Below, piece by piece: positions 9,398 to 19,273 of a stretch of DNA of 64,000 nucleotides. The position numbers and the translations under genes were made by a program. The notes under the pieces are model-generated. The model saw only the letters and a program-made list of their open reading frames with translations, was not told the origin of the DNA and did not search any database. Positions within the stretch are counted from its first letter, which is position 1; each line of letters begins with the position of its first letter. The stretch is from a virus: the IMG/VR virus record IMGVR_UViG_3300042447_000691, one strand, 5' to 3'.

Positions 9398-9763
9398 AAT
9401 TGTTAGTTGTGGTCTCCCAGAAGTTTCTTTATAGTAAGCCGACTTAACAATCAATAAAAAATTATACGGATCCTCTTCCTTTAATACTACAGGAACAAAT
9501 AAACCTGTTGATCTACTTCTTATAATAATATCCTCATTATCAGAAACCTCATTTAAAATTATCTTACCAGTTAATTCATCAATTGCTAATTCAATAAGAG
9601 CTTTTATTGTTTTACTTTCAATACCCCTTTCTTTTTGCCTACCTTCAGCATGACTACGATTATCAACTTTAACATCATATGTAATAAAAATTTGAGAACG
9701 TAGTTGGGCAATTCTTTTCTCAAGTAATAAATGTTTTCTAATTGACTCTCTGAGTAGTGACAT
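9386..9763 (-). CDS. Hypothetical protein, possible DUF4258/BECR-like RNase fold
   Basis: SHAEGRQKERGI resembles the HAxxRxxERxI motif; N-terminal MSLLRESIRKHLLLE leader. Confidence 0.45.
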   Translation of the reverse strand: MSLLRESIRKHLLLEKRIAQLRSQIFITYDVKVDNRSHAEGRQKERGIESKTIKALIELAIDELTGKIILNEVSDNEDIIIRSRSTGLFVPVVLKEEDPYNFLLIVKSAYYKETSGRPQLTIWVD

Positions 9764-9810
9764 ATTGATTAATCTTTATTATAAGTATTTATTAATTATA
9801 GTTTAATAAT

Positions 9811-11004
9811 ATGAAAGAGAAATTTTTACCTTGGTTTTTATTATTTTGTGCTTTAGGGTTGTCAGGGACTGCAGCCTATTATAGTGTTGTCGGACTATCA
9901 ATAGTGTTTGTTGGTGTGGCATTACCCGTTATTATTATGGGAACGTTCCTTGAGATATCAAAGATTGCAATTGCAACATACCTACACGATAAGTGGAAAG
10001 AAACGTATGGTGTGTTAAAGATTTATTTAACCATTGCCCTTGTTACATTATCACTAATAACTTCACTTGGTATATATGGGCTTTTAAGTACTGGATTTCA
10101 GGGAAACATTGCAAAACTAGAAATCAATGAGAAACAAGTTAAAAATGTTGAGGTCAAAAAGAAACGTTTTGAGGAGATAAAGACCGAATTAACGAAAGAA
10201 AAAACCACACTTGATGGTGATATTACAAAATTAAGAGATGGTCTCTCTAATAACACCACAACACAGTCTGTTGATCGTAAGACAGGTCAATTAATCACAA
10301 AGGAAAATAATAACAATAGAAAATCATTTGAGTTACAACTAACCCAAGCACAAATAAGAAGAGACACTATAACTAAAAGAATAGATAATATGAATGATAG
10401 TATAACTAAACTAGATGTTGATATTTTAAATATGGAGTCAGAAGAAATATCAGGAAGTGAGTTAGGTGCTTTAAAATATGTTAGCGAATTACTTGATTGG
10501 GACGTTAAACGAACCGCAAATCTTTTTATTTTAATTCTGATATTTGTGTTTGATCCATTGGCAATCACATTAGTTATTGCAACAAACCAAGCGTTTAAAG
10601 GAAAAAGAAAAGACAAAAATTCAGAGAGGGACAACAATGTCCCTAACAAAGAAGAGACCATACATGATACAATACATGATACCATACATGATACCATACA
10701 TGATGAGGTTGAAGTAACCGCACAAGATAGTAACCAAGTAAGTGACCAAGTACCGACCAGGTATCGACCAAGTACCGACCAAGTAAAAAGGGTATGGGAA
10801 AAGGTTAAAAAATTAAAAGAAGAAGGAAAACAAACGAAGGATTACACTCCACAAGAAATGGAGGATTACTTTGAAAGGGAGGATCTGATTGATTTACAAA
10901 AAATAGAAGAAAAACCAATAGAAGAACCTAAAGTTCAAGTTGAACCTAAACGACTTTCATATTTAAATAGAGATGGTGGATCTTTCAGAATCAATAGAAT
11001 TTAA
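9811..11004 (+). CDS. Membrane protein with long coiled coil
   Basis: Three N-terminal TM helices, coiled coil, one further TM, low-complexity tail. Confidence 0.65.
   Translation: MKEKFLPWFLLFCALGLSGTAAYYSVVGLSIVFVGVALPVIIMGTFLEISKIAIATYLHDKWKETYGVLKIYLTIALVTLSLITSLGIYGLLSTGFQGNIAKLEINEKQVKNVEVKKKRFEEIKTELTKEKTTLDGDITKLRDGLSNNTTTQSVDRKTGQLITKENNNNRKSFELQLTQAQIRRDTITKRIDNMNDSITKLDVDILNMESEEISGSELGALKYVSELLDWDVKRTANLFILILIFVFDPLAITLVIATNQAFKGKRKDKNSERDNNVPNKEETIHDTIHDTIHDTIHDEVEVTAQDSNQVSDQVPTRYRPSTDQVKRVWEKVKKLKEEGKQTKDYTPQEMEDYFEREDLIDLQKIEEKPIEEPKVQVEPKRLSYLNRDGGSFRINRI
10657..10783 (+). repeat. In-frame short tandem repeats (ACCATACATGAT x4 = TIHD; GACCAAGTA-like units = DQV)
   Basis: Visible in the sequence; protein reads TIHDTIHDTIHDTIHD and SDQVPTRYRPSTDQV. 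Confidence 0.8.
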
Positions 11005-11569
11005 ATCAGAAGGGATATCTGAAAAAAAAACACAAATAATACTTTCCGAAACTAAACGGTCAGCTAAAAATTACATAAACTCTTTAAAATATAGGTATAA
11101 CAGTAAAAACCCTTATATACCAAACTATGTAATTGATAAAGAAGGTGAAATATATAAGATTTTAGACGATAAAAAGTATTCAAAATACATGGATAGTGAG
11201 GTAGTTAATAAACGGGCCGTTATTGTTGTTTTAGAAAATTACGGTTGGTTATTAAAAAATGCACTTGAAAACACATATGTAAATTATGTTGGTGATATTT
11301 ATAAAAAAGACATATTTAAAAAAAAGTGGAGAGACCACGATTATTGGGATAAATACGAAGAAAAACAAATAAACGTGTTATCCGAACTTTTAAGTGACAT
11401 ATGTAATAAAATGAATATTGAAAAGGAATGTATTGGAACTAATGTTAGATATAATGAAGTCACAAACTTTAAGGGAATTGTTTCCAAAAGTAACTATGAT
11501 TTCATCTATAAAGACTTAAATCCATCGTTTAACTTTGAATTATTAACAAAACTTTTAAAAAATGAGTAA
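10973..11569 (+). CDS. Amidase_2-like protein, probably catalytically degenerate
   Basis: Fold motifs (QIILSET, NYVIDKEGEIY, VIVVLENYG, YEEKQINVLSELL) are present but the Zn-binding His residues are missing. Confidence 0.5.
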   Translation: MVDLSESIEFKSEGISEKKTQIILSETKRSAKNYINSLKYRYNSKNPYIPNYVIDKEGEIYKILDDKKYSKYMDSEVVNKRAVIVVLENYGWLLKNALENTYVNYVGDIYKKDIFKKKWRDHDYWDKYEEKQINVLSELLSDICNKMNIEKECIGTNVRYNEVTNFKGIVSKSNYDFIYKDLNPSFNFELLTKLLKNE

Positions 11570-12128
11570 TCAGTACGAAGAAATTAAAAACCTATTAAAG
11601 AAAACGAGACTTCTTAAAGAACAAGCCGAGAGAATAAACATGGCTAAAAGTATCGAAAATAATATATCTGACGATGAACAAGAATATGAAACCGCTGACG
11701 GTGAAAATGAGGTTGAAGATGTTGTTAAAAAAGATAAAAGCAAATCTTATAGAATTTCGGGAGGACTTTTAACTTTACACGGTAAAGAAAAAAAGGACAT
11801 AGAACTTACAAGTGACGAAAAAACAGCATACCAAGAAACTATGGATGAGTTTGTTTCTGAAGTTTCTGATTTGTCTGACTTTGGTGTTCTAAACATGTAT
11901 CCAAATGAAGTACAATGGAGTGGTAAGGTAATTGATTTTGATTTGGAGTTCTTCTTTTCTATCGGAGAAGAGAATGGTGTTTACATCAACGGAGATATGA
12001 TAAAATTAGATGAGAAACTAACAGAACTGGTATCCAAATTAACAAGTTACTATGAAAAGTTTAAATCCAAATGGGCTAAAGTAATCGTCGGAAGAAAGAA
12101 AACTCAATTTAAAAAAGAAGAAGAATGA
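11562..12128 (+). CDS. Hypothetical acidic protein
   Basis: 188-aa ORF overlapping its neighbours. Confidence 0.6.
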   Translation: MSNQYEEIKNLLKKTRLLKEQAERINMAKSIENNISDDEQEYETADGENEVEDVVKKDKSKSYRISGGLLTLHGKEKKDIELTSDEKTAYQETMDEFVSEVSDLSDFGVLNMYPNEVQWSGKVIDFDLEFFFSIGEENGVYINGDMIKLDEKLTELVSKLTSYYEKFKSKWAKVIVGRKKTQFKKEEE

Positions 12129-12478
12129 AAAACTTTGTAAAAAAATATTTTAAAGAAATTTTATTGGTAATTATGGTAATCGCCTTAATTTTTCTTTTAA
12201 TTAACATTTTCACACCAAAACCAGAAATGTCTGAGTTGGATAAATATAAGTTAGATCAGTTAAATAAAGACATTCATTTAATTATTGAAAATCAAAAAAA
12301 ATTAGATAAACAAATTGAAAGTTATAAAAAGGAACTATCACACATAGACTCAACGATTGCCAAAGTACAAAATCAAAAAACAATAATAAAAGAATATTAT
12401 AAAGAAAAAGGTGAAAAAATTTCAGGTATGAAACCATCTGAGATTGATAGTCTTTTTCATAAACGATATAACTATTAA
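12125..12478 (+). CDS. N-terminally anchored coiled-coil membrane protein
   Basis: Single TM (ILLVIMVIALIFLLINIF) followed by a coiled coil. Confidence 0.55.
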   Translation: MKNFVKKYFKEILLVIMVIALIFLLINIFTPKPEMSELDKYKLDQLNKDIHLIIENQKKLDKQIESYKKELSHIDSTIAKVQNQKTIIKEYYKEKGEKISGMKPSEIDSLFHKRYNY

Positions 12479-12479
12479 A

Positions 12480-12887
12480 ATGAAAAAAATATTAATTATC
12501 CTTTTGTTTTTACCTATGATGGTATTATCACAAAAAGTAAAAACAGACACCACCGTTATTTGTATACCTTACAAGGCAGCTAAACAAATGGCTTTAGACC
12601 TTAACCGTTTAGACTCTTTAACTGCCGTACATAATTTAACAGTAACCGAATTATCACAGACACAAAACAAAGTTACTTTTCAAGATAAGATTATTTCCAT
12701 TATGGAGCAAAAAGAAAATAACTATGAATTACAAATAGAAAAAGAAAAAGAAAAATTTGTAATAGTTGAGGGGCAAAATGAAGATTTAAGAAACCAAGTT
12801 AAAAAACTAAAAACAAAAAATAGTTTTATTGAAATTATAGGAGGAGCGTTGCTTACGACATTAACAATATTCTCAATTCTTAAATAA
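12480..12887 (+). CDS. Secreted/membrane coiled-coil protein
   Basis: Signal-like MKKILIILLFLP, coiled coil, C-terminal hydrophobic tail. Confidence 0.55.
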   Translation: MKKILIILLFLPMMVLSQKVKTDTTVICIPYKAAKQMALDLNRLDSLTAVHNLTVTELSQTQNKVTFQDKIISIMEQKENNYELQIEKEKEKFVIVEGQNEDLRNQVKKLKTKNSFIEIIGGALLTTLTIFSILK

Positions 12888-13135
12888 TGGCACTAACACC
12901 CTCAGAAAAAAAAGAACTGGAAGCGATGGTGAGAAAAGAAATAAAAGACTTTCTTGGAGAACCAACAGTAAAAAAATTTGAAAGTTCTTTAGTAAAAAAA
13001 ATTGGTAAGGAATTAAAAAGTGGTGAATTAAGACCCGATTTTAATGAAATATTTACAAATATGATGGCCGAGTTTTATTACACTATGTGGACTAGAAAGA
13101 ATACTTGGCAGAGTAGTTTAAAAAATAAAAAATAA
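12887..13135 (+). CDS. Hypothetical protein
   Basis: Translationally coupled ORF. Confidence 0.55.
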   Translation: MALTPSEKKELEAMVRKEIKDFLGEPTVKKFESSLVKKIGKELKSGELRPDFNEIFTNMMAEFYYTMWTRKNTWQSSLKNKK

Positions 13136-13650
13136 TGAATAAGTTAATAGACGATTTAATTAAAGAAGCATTAAAAAAACTTAATGATGAACCTAAAGAA
13201 GCAACAGGAACGGGTTCTGCTGGTGGGTTTAATGGTCCTGCGTTTAGTATGTGGTCAGAAGATGATGAGGCAAAGTTGGAATATAAAAAAGGTGAACCTG
13301 TTGAGGGTGAATTTACTGAAGCCACAGGATCGGGATCTGTTGGTGCTTACGACGCACCTGGATTTGAAGACGTAAACATGAGAGGAAACAATCCTGTTGG
13401 TCGTGGAAGGTCGTTTAAAAAAACACAAATACCTGGCGGAGGATTTGTTAAAATACAAGATAAGTGTGGTAAATATAACAATAAACCTTGGTGTAGCCAA
13501 GGTAATAGTAAAGACAAGCCGGTAAAACTAACCAAAATCGCTAAAGAGTCACCACTAAATGAGGCGATCAACAACGTATCAATGAGGACTGGATTAAGTG
13601 TTGAACGAATAAAAAATATAATAATGAATACAATTAATAGCGATTTATAA
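13135..13650 (+). CDS. Hypothetical Gly-rich protein with repeated EATG-S-G motif
   Basis: KEATGTGSAGG and TEATGSGSVG repeats. Confidence 0.6.
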   Translation: MNKLIDDLIKEALKKLNDEPKEATGTGSAGGFNGPAFSMWSEDDEAKLEYKKGEPVEGEFTEATGSGSVGAYDAPGFEDVNMRGNNPVGRGRSFKKTQIPGGGFVKIQDKCGKYNNKPWCSQGNSKDKPVKLTKIAKESPLNEAINNVSMRTGLSVERIKNIIMNTINSDL

Positions 13651-13671
13651 GTAAGGCGATATTTATTCTAT

Positions 13672-14868
13672 ATGGAAAGTAATGCGATTAATATTATAAA
13701 TAAAATTGTTTCTGAGGAAATAAAAAATAGGGTTTATTCATTAAAAAATAAAATTTTTGAAAACAAAAATATGAAAAAAGGTATGTGTGAAGAATGTGGT
13801 TCTGGAAAAATGTACGAAGGTATGTGTTCAGAATGTGGTTATTCTGAAAGTGAAGTTAAAGAAAATACAGAAAAAGGTATGTGTGAAGAATGTGGTTCTG
13901 GAAAAATGTACGAAGGTATGTGTTCAGAATGCGGTTATTCTGAGGGGGAAGTTAAAGAAGGTAAAAGCCTATCTAAAGGACAAAAATATATTGCAAGACA
14001 GGCAAAACCATACGACAAAATAGACGGTGAAGATTTTAAAAAGTTAAGATCAAATAAATCAGAAGTAAAAGAAAGACTTTACGGAAGACAAAGTAGGATT
14101 GATGCTAATAAAAATAATAAAATAGATTCTGAAGATTTTAAAATATTAAGAAGAAAAAGAACGGATGAGAGTGTTACGTATAAATTGGTTTTAGATGAGT
14201 CAACAAACGAGGTATTCTATTTTAAAGAAAATGAAGTTATAAATATTATTGAAAATATAGTTTTAGAAGAAAAGAAAAAGAAAACATCTAAAATACCAAA
14301 TATAACCAAAGACTCACAAAACAAATCTAAAAAAGAAAATGACGATTATCTTGAAAGTGTTGTTAAAAAAATGAAAGATTATTTAAAGGCAGGATCTAAA
14401 GGTAATTATGAAACAAACCCTAAACACTTCCCTAAAGGTAACGGTGAGTTAGATAAAATGGAAAAGATGGCTTATATGCCGTCAAATTCTGTTGAGGAAT
14501 ATATTGATAATTTTACCGCAGCTGGTTTAGAGAACTTAGATTACGATGAGATCCACCCTAATGAAGATTGGGTTAATGATTTGTTAGTTGGATCATCAAG
14601 AACAGGTAATAACCCTGAATGGGGTAATGCGGTAGAGACACCAGCAAACACAAAAAGAAATAAAATAAGAAAGGATAATTTACTTGCTAAACTAAAAAGA
14701 AAGGCATATAATAAATCACCACAACCTGTTGTTAATGATAATACAGGTAATCAAACGGATAATGCGTCTAAAATCATGATGAAATTAGAGTCTAAGGAAG
14801 AAAAATTGGTTTTAGAAGATATCAAAAAGATAAAAAACCTACTTTCATACGGTAAAAAAACACAATAA
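13672..14868 (+). CDS. Hypothetical protein with duplicated CxxC module and EF-hand-like motifs
   Basis: KGMCEECGSGKMYEGMCSECGYSE x2; DKIDGEDFKKLR and DANKNNKIDSEDFKILR. Confidence 0.6.
   Translation: MESNAINIINKIVSEEIKNRVYSLKNKIFENKNMKKGMCEECGSGKMYEGMCSECGYSESEVKENTEKGMCEECGSGKMYEGMCSECGYSEGEVKEGKSLSKGQKYIARQAKPYDKIDGEDFKKLRSNKSEVKERLYGRQSRIDANKNNKIDSEDFKILRRKRTDESVTYKLVLDESTNEVFYFKENEVINIIENIVLEEKKKKTSKIPNITKDSQNKSKKENDDYLESVVKKMKDYLKAGSKGNYETNPKHFPKGNGELDKMEKMAYMPSNSVEEYIDNFTAAGLENLDYDEIHPNEDWVNDLLVGSSRTGNNPEWGNAVETPANTKRNKIRKDNLLAKLKRKAYNKSPQPVVNDNTGNQTDNASKIMMKLESKEEKLVLEDIKKIKNLLSYGKKTQ
13776..13943 (+). repeat. 96-bp-period in-frame tandem duplication
   Basis: Two near-identical copies of aaaaggtatgtgtgaagaatgtggttctggaaaaatgtacgaaggtatgtgttcagaatg. 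Confidence 0.85.
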
Positions 14869-14906
14869 GTCTTTTGTTTTAAAAAGGTCCGTATTATTAT
14901 TGTTAC

Positions 14907-15395
14907 ATGATGATTGATAATAATATGGGTCGTTTTTTTGATTGGTTAGCAAAACCAATGGATCAAGAAGATGTAACCTCTTGGTATTTAGCCAATAATA
15001 TAATTCCTGAACTTACAGAACTATTCAGGGATTTTTGTATATCTTTTTTAAGTTTAATTAAAGACACATATTTAGGGGATGATTTTGAAAATACGGACAC
15101 TAAAGTCGGAATGACTGAAAAACAAAAGAAAGAACACTTAACATGGTGTATTAATAAAACCCTTGAAAATTTTAAAAAAGAGAACATCTATTTTATCTTT
15201 AGTGGTGATGATATAACCTTTTTTGAGGGGTTCTTTTTTGAGGTCTGTTACAACCAAAACGATCAAAAACTTAAATTAGCTATGGATGATTTTTTTGTAA
15301 ATCTTTTTGATAGACATCAGAAAAAAACAAAATCAGACATTGAAATATTCACAGAAATATATAAAATATTAGAAAGATCGTTGAAAGTTTATTAA
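14907..15395 (+). CDS. Hypothetical protein
   Basis: 162-aa ORF. Confidence 0.6.
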   Translation: MMIDNNMGRFFDWLAKPMDQEDVTSWYLANNIIPELTELFRDFCISFLSLIKDTYLGDDFENTDTKVGMTEKQKKEHLTWCINKTLENFKKENIYFIFSGDDITFFEGFFFEVCYNQNDQKLKLAMDDFFVNLFDRHQKKTKSDIEIFTEIYKILERSLKVY

Positions 15396-15460
15396 ATATC
15401 TTTACTATTTGCTAATAGATTTTATTATTTTTTAAAAATAAACATTATATAACACAAAAA

Positions 15461-15640
15461 ATGGAAACATTAGAACAAATTAAAACCTTAGTAGAAACGT
15501 TGTCAGCAGAAACCACAAAATTTTATACTAAAGGTAATCATTCTGCCGGCACAAGAGCTAGAAAAAGTGCTCAAGAATTAAAAGAACTTATGCAAGTTTT
15601 AAGAAAAGAAATTTTAGCACACAATAAAGAAGAAAAGTAA
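15461..15640 (+). CDS. Histone H1-like (Hc1-family) small basic protein
   Basis: Not in the ORF track; 59 aa METLEQIK...KGNHSAGTRARKSAQELK, a motif typical of Bacteroidota Hc1-like proteins. Confidence 0.6.
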   Translation: METLEQIKTLVETLSAETTKFYTKGNHSAGTRARKSAQELKELMQVLRKEILAHNKEEK

Positions 15641-15641
15641 T

Positions 15642-15830
15642 ATGGAATTATTATTCAGAGCATCAACATTTGTACTTGTATTCTCAACATTTGTCGTTTT
15701 AAAGTATATGGTTAACTTTTTAATGGCTATATTCTCAAACCCACCAAAACCAATAGAGTATACAGAAAGACAATTAGTTGTTGTGGGGTCTTTTCTGTCG
15801 TACATTATAACATACTTAATATTTTTTTAA
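15642..15830 (+). CDS. Small two-TM membrane protein
   Basis: Two hydrophobic helices. Confidence 0.5.
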   Translation: MELLFRASTFVLVFSTFVVLKYMVNFLMAIFSNPPKPIEYTERQLVVVGSFLSYIITYLIFF

Positions 15831-15834
15831 AATT

Positions 15835-16263
15835 ATGATTTTTAGCCAATTTATATCAAGAGCAACCAAGTATCTCAAATCAGTTAGAGTACTTAAAAAT
15901 TTTATTAGTTTTGACATGATTTTTCCTAAAACATGGATGACACTAAAAAAATATCCAGAGGGTATTGAAGTTATACAGACAGAAACAGAAAATGGTAATA
16001 CTATTACGTCTTTTGTTTGTGAAAATAATAAAACACTAATAGACATTATTGAGCAAACATTCGAGACTTACGTTAAAACAAATATTGAAAGAGAAGAAAA
16101 AGAAAAATTATTTAAAACAAAAGTAAGAGAATTACAAACAATTTTTGAAAAAGAAAAATTAGAGAGTTTAAAAAGTCTTAAATTTGACATAGAAGAGTTG
16201 ACCAAAATTTTGCAAGATAATGAGCCAGAAGAAATCAATGCCGGAGATACAGAAACTAATTAA
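15835..16263 (+). CDS. Hypothetical protein
   Basis: 142-aa ORF with a coiled-coil C-terminus. Confidence 0.55.
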   Translation: MIFSQFISRATKYLKSVRVLKNFISFDMIFPKTWMTLKKYPEGIEVIQTETENGNTITSFVCENNKTLIDIIEQTFETYVKTNIEREEKEKLFKTKVRELQTIFEKEKLESLKSLKFDIEELTKILQDNEPEEINAGDTETN

Positions 16264-16432
16264 TGTATTAAGAGAGGACATAGAAGAAAATAAAACATCC
16301 TTAGAAAAAGATAAAAAAAAGTTTTCAGATGAACTTATTAAGTTCAAAAAAGAAAATATTAAAAATACAATACACAAAGAGGAGAAATACACTTTATGGC
16401 AAAGAATATTGAGAACTTTAGGGATGAATTAG
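16220..16432 (+). CDS. Hypothetical protein
   Basis: Short overlapping ORF. Confidence 0.45.
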   Translation: MSQKKSMPEIQKLINVLREDIEENKTSLEKDKKKFSDELIKFKKENIKNTIHKEEKYTLWQRILRTLGMN

Positions 16433-16614
16433 TCAAGTTCGCAAATATTGTTGAAATACTTGAAAGTACGTTCATAGGTGAAGACTCCACAGAAATAATC
16501 ACATATTTAGAAGATCATGTTTTTGATAGAGTATCGAGAGAACTAAAAACTGACCAAAAAAATAAATGCGTTATATCTATAGGTAGTGTAAATTTTACCT
16601 TTTTGAAAAGGTAG
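16396..16614 (+). CDS. Hypothetical protein
   Basis: Short overlapping ORF. Confidence 0.45.
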   Translation: MAKNIENFRDELVKFANIVEILESTFIGEDSTEIITYLEDHVFDRVSRELKTDQKNKCVISIGSVNFTFLKR

Positions 16615-17239
16615 TTTTTAATCTATACAACCTTTTTTTATCAAACCCCTTTTCCGTTAAGACATCATATATCCACTTCCTTTGTGTTGTGGATATGTCT
16701 TTTACAAACATACCATCAACCCTATTATTATTGAAAAAATAGTATTGAGCACACTCTAAAAACCTAACCGACTCTGATTTATCCTTCAATGAGAAAACAC
16801 TTAAATCCGAATCCTTCTGAACACAGATTTTATTATTCAACGTGAATATATTCTTCAATTCGTTACTTCCACAGTAGTTCTTTATAAACTGATTAAAGGT
16901 TATTTTTTTTTGAGTTTGCCAATCAAATATCCTCTCCTCTTGTTTATAATTTTTTAAATCTAAAAAAACGTAATCAGTGTTTTCAATGGTTGCTGGCACA
17001 TTCCTACCAAAAACATCTTTTATAAAAATACTTTTTTGTATGTTAGTTGTGTTAGTGAGTAAACCTAACGTATAGGTCGTTTCCTCGGCGTTTTCTATTA
17101 GTTTATCAAAAATAATATTTTCTTGATCCTTAATTAATTGATTAAATTTCTCTAATGCTCGTTTTTCTATAGAATAACGTTTGATAATTTTTCTTTTTTT
17201 TTTATTCTTAAACAGAACGATAATATAGTTACTACTCAT
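16595..17239 (-). CDS. Hypothetical protein
   Basis: 214-aa ORF with no competing plus-strand ORF. Confidence 0.65.
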   Translation of the reverse strand: MSSNYIIVLFKNKKKRKIIKRYSIEKRALEKFNQLIKDQENIIFDKLIENAEETTYTLGLLTNTTNIQKSIFIKDVFGRNVPATIENTDYVFLDLKNYKQEERIFDWQTQKKITFNQFIKNYCGSNELKNIFTLNNKICVQKDSDLSVFSLKDKSESVRFLECAQYYFFNNNRVDGMFVKDISTTQRKWIYDVLTEKGFDKKRLYRLKTTFSKR

Positions 17240-18233
17240 GAAAAATTATTATGAAATTTTAGGTGTTGACGAAACGGCAACACAAGACGATATAAAAAAG
17301 GCATATAGACAATTAAGTAAACAATATCACCCAGATGTAAACCCTGAAGGTGAAGAGCGATTTAAAGAAATTAGTGTTGCTTATGAAAACATCGGAGAAG
17401 AGAATAAAAGGGCTCACTACGATAATGTTAGAAAAAATCCCTTTAATGGAATGGGTGGTGGTAATAACTTTGATTTTGATTCTATTTTTGAACAAATGAT
17501 GGGTGGTAGATCCAATCACAGACCTAAAGCTCCTGATAAAGTATTAAGTTTTGATATTAGTCCTGTTGATTCCTATTTTGGATCAAAAAAAGAGATTAGA
17601 TTACAAAATAACGTTGCTTGTGAGCCGTGTAATGGTAATGGTGGAGATAAAAAAATATGTGATACATGTAGAGGGAATGGGTTTGTGATACAAACGTTCG
17701 GCACCAATATGTTTAGACAACAAGTCCAAGTACAATGCCCTACATGTAACGGTCAGGGGTCAATATTAATCACTCCTTGTAGAATTTGTAGAGGGTTAGG
17801 TGTTGAACCTAAACTTGAAGCTTTCATGGTAAACTTACCACAAAATACGGATAATGGTCATTTTATGAGATTAAGAGGTAAGGGAGATTACTACCCTAAT
17901 ATAAAACAAAGAGGTGACCTCATAATTAAGGTTAACGTCGTAAACGATAATGACTTTGAAAAAATGGGAGACGATTTGGTACACAAAGTAAGATTATCAC
18001 CGATGGATTTAATTTTAAATGAGAAACTCCAAATTAACCATCCAGATGGTGCGATATCGATTAATATACCGGATAAAATAGATACTGACATACCGCTAAG
18101 AATACCTAATAAGGGGTATATGTCTGAAAACGGTAGAGGACACTTCTACATAAAAATGTCAGTAGTAAAAGATAAGTCCCTTAATGATGAAGTTAAGAAA
18201 AAGATAAAATTAGCGTTAGACCATACCAACTAA
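17238..18233 (+). CDS. dnaJ: DnaJ molecular chaperone
   Basis: J-domain YYEILGV...HPD, short G/F region, four CxxCxGxG repeats, C-terminal RLRGKG...GDL. Confidence 0.92.
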   Translation: MKNYYEILGVDETATQDDIKKAYRQLSKQYHPDVNPEGEERFKEISVAYENIGEENKRAHYDNVRKNPFNGMGGGNNFDFDSIFEQMMGGRSNHRPKAPDKVLSFDISPVDSYFGSKKEIRLQNNVACEPCNGNGGDKKICDTCRGNGFVIQTFGTNMFRQQVQVQCPTCNGQGSILITPCRICRGLGVEPKLEAFMVNLPQNTDNGHFMRLRGKGDYYPNIKQRGDLIIKVNVVNDNDFEKMGDDLVHKVRLSPMDLILNEKLQINHPDGAISINIPDKIDTDIPLRIPNKGYMSENGRGHFYIKMSVVKDKSLNDEVKKKIKLALDHTN

Positions 18234-18374
18234 ATCCTGTATAATTTTGTAGGTGCCGTATATGGCACTAGCAAAAATATACATTGAAAATATGATTAAT
18301 CCTACCTGCGATTTATTTAATCCTTTTTTACATGTGTTACATCTTGTAACTTCTGTTGCCTTTTTTGTTTCCAT
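18216..18374 (-). CDS. Small membrane protein with CxxC
   Basis: Not in the ORF track; 52 aa METKKATEVTRCNTCKKG followed by one TM. Confidence 0.45.
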   Translation of the reverse strand: METKKATEVTRCNTCKKGLNKSQVGLIIFSMYIFASAIYGTYKIIQDLVGMV

Positions 18375-18397
18375 AGTTATATTTTAATTATAAATCA

Positions 18398-18429
18398 TTT
18401 GAAAATAAATATTTAAAAAACTATATTTG
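18398..18429 (+). promoter_or_regulatory. Bacteroidota-type promoter
   Basis: TTTG-N20-TATATTTG immediately before the Dam-like gene. Confidence 0.7.
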
Positions 18430-18433
18430 TGTT

Positions 18434-19273
18434 ATGTTAAGTTATATCGGAGGAAAAAGTAAGATAGGAAAGTGGATAGTCCCTTTCTATGATAAAAATA
18501 TGGAAACATATGTTGAAACATTTGGAGGTATGTTTTGGTGTTTTTATAATATGGACTTGAAAGAGTACCCCAACCTAAAGAAAGTTGTTTACAACGACTT
18601 TAATCCACTAAATTACAACCTATTTAAGTGTATTCAAAACCCAACGGAGTTATTACAGGCAATTAATGCAATACCATGCCAACAATTTGGTGAGGTACCA
18701 ACCCCACCATTATATAAAGAACAATTTATCAGGTTCCAAGCTGAAATATTTGCTGAAGGTTTCAGCGTAGAACCTGGTGATTACGAAGTTGCTGCCAAAT
18801 ACGTATATATCCTAACTCAAGTATTCAGTGGATCAAAACCTGAGACAAGTTCTTTTATTGACCTTAAAGGTAAATACAAATCAAAGTATTTGACGTTTAG
18901 AGATAAACTATCAAAACCTGATTGGGTTGAACATTTTTTAAGAATAACACACGTCGAAAATATGGACTTCGATGACGTAATCAAAAAATATGATTCACCA
19001 ACAACATACATTTATTTAGATCCTCCTTATTGGAAAACTGAGAACTATTATTCAAACCACGATTTTGATAGAGAAGATCACGAAAGGTTAGCAAATGTCT
19101 TAAAGACTGTTAAAGGTAAATTCTCATTATCCTACTATGATTTTCCAATTTTATCTGAGTGGTTTCCTAAAAATGAATACACTTGGGTTAAAAAAGAATT
19201 CGCTAAAGCTGCTGCCGCGAAGAAGGGAACCAAACAAAATATGGGTGAAGAGTTATTGATTATGAATTATTAA
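18434..19273 (+). CDS. dam: D12-class N6-adenine DNA methyltransferase (Dam-like)
   Basis: YIGGKS, YVETFGG, YNDFN and YLDPPY motifs. Confidence 0.85.
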   Translation: MLSYIGGKSKIGKWIVPFYDKNMETYVETFGGMFWCFYNMDLKEYPNLKKVVYNDFNPLNYNLFKCIQNPTELLQAINAIPCQQFGEVPTPPLYKEQFIRFQAEIFAEGFSVEPGDYEVAAKYVYILTQVFSGSKPETSSFIDLKGKYKSKYLTFRDKLSKPDWVEHFLRITHVENMDFDDVIKKYDSPTTYIYLDPPYWKTENYYSNHDFDREDHERLANVLKTVKGKFSLSYYDFPILSEWFPKNEYTWVKKEFAKAAAAKKGTKQNMGEELLIMNY

